The translations under genes and the position numbers were made by a program. A stretch of 32,000 nucleotides of DNA, taken from Desulfotalea psychrophila LSv54 (GTDB lineage: Bacteria > Desulfobacterota > Desulfobulbia > Desulfobulbales > Desulfocapsaceae). The notes under the pieces were generated by a model. It was not told the origin of the DNA, did no database searches, and saw only the letters and a program-made list of their open reading frames with translations. Shown piece after piece: positions 28,685 to 32,000 of this stretch. Position 1 is the stretch's first letter. Each line of letters opens with the position of its first letter. The stretch spans positions 1,710,001-1,742,000 of the forward strand of contig NC_006138.1 of NCBI RefSeq assembly GCF_000025945.1. Reading direction: 5' to 3'.

Positions 28685-29206
28685 ATGAATCGCAGCAAAA
28701 AAATTATAATTCTTTGTCATTGTTTGCTCAATAGTAATGCTAAAATCACCCCTCTGGCCACATGTGGCGGGGTCTATAAAAGTGTGGTGGCTCAGTATAT
28801 TGCCGACGGTGTAGGCCTGGTCCAACTGCCCTGTCCAGAGTCTGGTTATCTTGGTCAAAACCGTTGGGGGATGACACGGGATCAATACAATACCCTGCAC
28901 TTCAGAAAGTATTGTAGGGAGATTCTTGCCCCCAGTTTGAACCAGATAAAGGCTTTTGTTGATGCTGGCTATGAAATACAGGGCGTCATCGGTATGGATG
29001 GAAGTCCTAATTGTGGCGTTGAAGAAACCTGTATAGGATTTACTGGAGGAGAAATTTGCTGCCAAGAGGACATTGAAAGGCAGAGAGATAATATGTCAAT
29101 GGTGCCTGGTCGAGGAGTGTTTTTTGAGGTTTTGCAGGAGATGCTGCTTGCAGAAGAGATTAGTTTACCGTTTTGGGCTGTTGATGAAAGAAATATTAAA
29201 GAATAA
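28685..29206 (+). CDS. DUF523/TudS-related putative desulfidase-like protein
   Basis: 173 aa; IILCHCLLNSNAKITPLA, VQLPCPESGYLG, GVIGMDGSPNCGVEETC; conserved Cys positions. Confidence 0.7.
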   Translation: MNRSKKIIILCHCLLNSNAKITPLATCGGVYKSVVAQYIADGVGLVQLPCPESGYLGQNRWGMTRDQYNTLHFRKYCREILAPSLNQIKAFVDAGYEIQGVIGMDGSPNCGVEETCIGFTGGEICCQEDIERQRDNMSMVPGRGVFFEVLQEMLLAEEISLPFWAVDERNIKE

Positions 29207-29231
29207 AAAATGTACGCTGAGGAGCCTTGGA

Positions 29232-30017
29232 ATGAAAAACAGTAAAAAGCAGAAATTTTGTTTTGGATTTATAGTCTTATCTTTATTTCTCCTTACGGGG
29301 ATATCAGCCCAGGCAGACTCTTCTCTGCAACAGGTCGTGGACAGTGGCGAGATAAGAGTTGGCTTTTGTGCTCAGTATCCGCCCTTCGAGTCTGTAAACG
29401 TAAAAACGGGTGAGTTTGAGGGCTTTGATATTGCTCTGGCCAAAGCGATTGCCGATGAAATGGGGGTGGCAGCAGTGCTTATTGATGCCGAATGGCAGGG
29501 GCTGTTAGGTGGTTTGAAAAAGGGTGATTATGACGTCCTTATTACCTGTATGGCAAAATCCGAATCTCGTCGCGATAACACTAATTTTAGCGATGTATAC
29601 TATACTCTCCCTGACGTTATTGTGGTGCGTCAAGATGATACAATAGTTAAAGATAAGGATGACCTATCTGGAAAAGTTATTGGCGTTCAGCTTGGCTCCG
29701 GCAGTGAGCAGTTGGCGGATAGTATGGAGGGAAGACTTAAAGAGATCAAACGTTATAATTATAATCCCGAGGCTTTTACTGATCTTAAGGCCAAGAGAAT
29801 TGATGCCGTTTTCGTAGGTTATGCCTACGCTGTTAATCATATGAAGAGTGATAGTGCCTATAAGATTGTGGACGAGCCTCTTGCAAAAGCTGATATTGTG
29901 GCCGTGTTGGATAAAGGAGCCGATGCCTTGACCCAGAAGATAAATGAATCTTTGGCCAAACTTAAGGCGAATGGCAAATATCAAAAGATTGTTAACCAGT
30001 GGCTTACTGTCCAGTAA
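29232..30017 (+). CDS. Amino acid ABC transporter substrate-binding protein (SBP family 3)
   Basis: ORF 29073..30017; likely start M54 (29232, MKNSKKQKFCFG...signal peptide). GEIRVGFCAQYPPFESVNVKTGEFEGFDIALAKAIADEMG. Confidence 0.93.
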   Translation: MKNSKKQKFCFGFIVLSLFLLTGISAQADSSLQQVVDSGEIRVGFCAQYPPFESVNVKTGEFEGFDIALAKAIADEMGVAAVLIDAEWQGLLGGLKKGDYDVLITCMAKSESRRDNTNFSDVYYTLPDVIVVRQDDTIVKDKDDLSGKVIGVQLGSGSEQLADSMEGRLKEIKRYNYNPEAFTDLKAKRIDAVFVGYAYAVNHMKSDSAYKIVDEPLAKADIVAVLDKGADALTQKINESLAKLKANGKYQKIVNQWLTVQ

Positions 30018-30035
30018 TACGGCGTAAAAAATTAC

Positions 30036-30701
30036 ATGCTTGATTTTAAATTTGAAATTTTAAAAACTGCCTACCCTATGCTCTGTCAAGGGGTTTGGGC
30101 AACAGCGAAGGTAGTCTTTTTTTCTTTTATTCTTGCGATGTTGTTTGGCTTGATAGTGGGGGTTGCCAGATATCGGTCACGGAGTTTATATCTTCTCTTT
30201 TCTCCCTACGTAGAGTTTTTTCGAGGGACCCCGTTGCTGATTCAGCTCTTTTTTATTTACTATGGCCTACCAACCATTGGCATATCCATGGATAGTTTTA
30301 CGGCAGCCTGTCTCGGCCTTGGCTTGAATGGTGGGGCCTATATCTCCGAGATAATAAGAGGTTCACTCTTATCGGTTGATCAGGATCAGCTGGAGGCCTC
30401 ATATGCCTTGGGGCTGACCTGGTTTCAATCTATGGTCTATGTTATTTTTCCTCAGGCATTTACGGTCGCCATTCCGCCTCTTGTAAATTCTTTTTCTTCT
30501 CTTTTAAAGGACACCTCTCTGGTATCTGTCTTGGCGATAACCGAGCTGACCAGGGTAGGTCAGCTTATTTACACGAGAACATTTAGGGCTTTTGAAATCT
30601 ACCTTGCCATTGGAATGCTTTATTTTATGATGACTTTTGTCATGACACTGCTCTCCAAATATCTCGAAAAAAAATACAAAGTTCAAGGGCGTATTTCATA
30701 G
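30036..30701 (+). CDS. Amino acid ABC transporter permease (HisM/GlnP family)
   Basis: 221 aa; GVWATAKVVFFSFILAMLFGLIVGVARY, VEFFRGTPLLIQLFFIYYGLP, ALGLTWFQSMVYVIFPQAFTVAIPPLVN. Confidence 0.95.
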   Translation: MLDFKFEILKTAYPMLCQGVWATAKVVFFSFILAMLFGLIVGVARYRSRSLYLLFSPYVEFFRGTPLLIQLFFIYYGLPTIGISMDSFTAACLGLGLNGGAYISEIIRGSLLSVDQDQLEASYALGLTWFQSMVYVIFPQAFTVAIPPLVNSFSSLLKDTSLVSVLAITELTRVGQLIYTRTFRAFEIYLAIGMLYFMMTFVMTLLSKYLEKKYKVQGRIS

Positions 30702-30888
30702 GAGAAGGCCATACGTCTAGCAATGACCGGGCAGGTTCAGTGCCCTCTCTTAAATGTGAGGGGGGCTCTGTGTGCTCTTCGCTTTCTGCTACTGGAGGGG
30801 ACTGCATTAGACTAAGTTCGGTGAAATACGTATAATATGGATGGGGGCAGACAGCGTAGAGGAGCAATATAAATTAAATTGAGGGGAG

Positions 30889-32000
30889 ATGAATATGGCT
30901 AAAAAAGTGATCATTATGGGTGGTGCCGGTCGTGATTTTCATAATTTCAATGTCTACTTCAAGGATAACCCCCACTATGAGGTCGTGGCCTTTACCGCAG
31001 CGCCCCAGATTCCTGGGGTTGAAGGTCGCTTCTACCCAACCGAGTTGGCAGGTAAACTTTATCCAACGGGTATTCCCATTTATTTTGAAACAGAGCTTGC
31101 CTCCCTTATTCGCAGGCATACGGTTGAGCTGGTGGCCTTCTCCTATAGTGATGTGCCCTATTCTGAGGTAATGCACCAGGCCTCGATTGCCATGGCAGAG
31201 GATGCAGACTTTATTATGCTTGGGGCCAAATCGACAATGCTCAAGTCAGCTAAACCGGTAATTGCCGTTTGCGCAGTGCGAACGGGTTGCGGTAAATCTC
31301 AAACTACCCGCAAAATATGTGAAATTCTGATGGCAAGAGGAAAGAGGGTTGTGGTTGTCCGTCATCCCATGGCCTATGGTGACTTGGGTAAACAGGTAGT
31401 GCAGCGTTTTTCCTCCTATGATGATTTTGCAAGGCATCGCTGTAGCATTGAAGAACGAGAGGAGTATGAGCATCTGGTTGACCTTGGCATTCTGGTTTTC
31501 GCAGGTGTTGATTATCAGAAAATTCTGCAGGAGGCGGAAAGGGAAGCTGATATTATTATTTGGGATGGTGGCAACAACGATATCCCTTTTTTCTTGCCGG
31601 ATATTCATATCGTCCTCTTTGATCCGCATCGTCCCGGTCATGAACTCCTCTATTATCCGGGGGAAACCAATATGCTTATGGCTGATATTGCCATAATTAA
31701 TAAGGTTAATACCGCCGTCCCTGAACAGATAGAACAGGTTCGGCATAATATTGAGCTGCATGCCCCCCAAGCGCAAATAATACTGGCCGACTCAAAAATC
31801 ACTGTCAGTGAAGAGGGGCTCATTAAGAACAAGAGGGTACTTGTGGTTGAAGACGGGCCGACTCTTACCCATGGCGGCATGTCCTATGGTGCCGGAATGA
31901 TCGCGGCAGAGATGTATGGAGCGGCAGAGATAGTTGATCCCCGCCCCTATTCTGTCGGAACCCTCAGAGAAACCTATGAAAAATACCCACATATCGGTCC
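30889..32000 (+). CDS. Cyclic 2,3-diphosphoglycerate synthetase-like P-loop protein, partial, runs off right edge
   Basis: Not in the ORF track because it is open at the edge. Hand translation MNMAKKVIIMGGAGRDFHNFNVYFKDNPHYEVVAFTAAPQIPGVEGR...VCAVRTGCGKSQTTRKICEIL...WDGGNNDIPFFLPDIHIV...EDGPTLTHGGMSYGAG. Confidence 0.85.
   Translation, partial: MNMAKKVIIMGGAGRDFHNFNVYFKDNPHYEVVAFTAAPQIPGVEGRFYPTELAGKLYPTGIPIYFETELASLIRRHTVELVAFSYSDVPYSEVMHQASIAMAEDADFIMLGAKSTMLKSAKPVIAVCAVRTGCGKSQTTRKICEILMARGKRVVVVRHPMAYGDLGKQVVQRFSSYDDFARHRCSIEEREEYEHLVDLGILVFAGVDYQKILQEAEREADIIIWDGGNNDIPFFLPDIHIVLFDPHRPGHELLYYPGETNMLMADIAIINKVNTAVPEQIEQVRHNIELHAPQAQIILADSKITVSEEGLIKNKRVLVVEDGPTLTHGGMSYGAGMIAAEMYGAAEIVDPRPYSVGTLRETYEKYPHIG

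Noticed and set aside
1-32000. CRISPR array, tRNA/rRNA, transposase or integrase genes
   Set aside because: None seen on reading both strands; no short direct repeats with regular spacers, no mobile-element proteins in the ORF list.

Overview
The window looks like an ordinary stretch of Gram-negative chromosome, probably from a sulfate-reducing deltaproteobacterium (taxonomy is inference). The left third (1-11456) is a near-complete Tad/Flp pilus locus, all on the minus strand: AAA ATPase, two Flp prepilins (one missing from the ORF track), prepilin peptidase, CpaB, secretin CpaC, a small lipoprotein, TadE-like, TadG-like, CpaE/TadZ, CpaF/TadA, TadB, and TadC running off the left edge. Next is a four-gene YbhGFSR-type drug/solute ABC exporter (11853-16781, minus). 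After that come an MTA/SAH nucleosidase, a PAP2-family membrane enzyme, and a secreted protein made of three ~86-aa tandem repeats. These are followed by a TetR regulator plus CoA-disulfide-reductase/NADH-oxidase-like flavoprotein, a nitrilase-family amidase, and a REC / CheC-like / PAS-GGDEF operon. The right end holds a lipoprotein, an orphan small protein, a TudS-like protein with an amino-acid ABC binding protein and permease, and the start of a cyclic-2,3-diphosphoglycerate-synthetase-like GTPase. I saw no tRNA, rRNA, CRISPR or transposon. The best leads are: the three-repeat exported protein with no family I recognise; two matching palindromic candidate TetR operators (21111-21124 and 21811-21824); the REC-CheC-GGDEF cassette; the Tad-linked AAA ATPase; a tandem duplication of the flp unit; and a possible +1 frameshift at the start of tadC. 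No clear-cut entirely new defence or mobile system was found.
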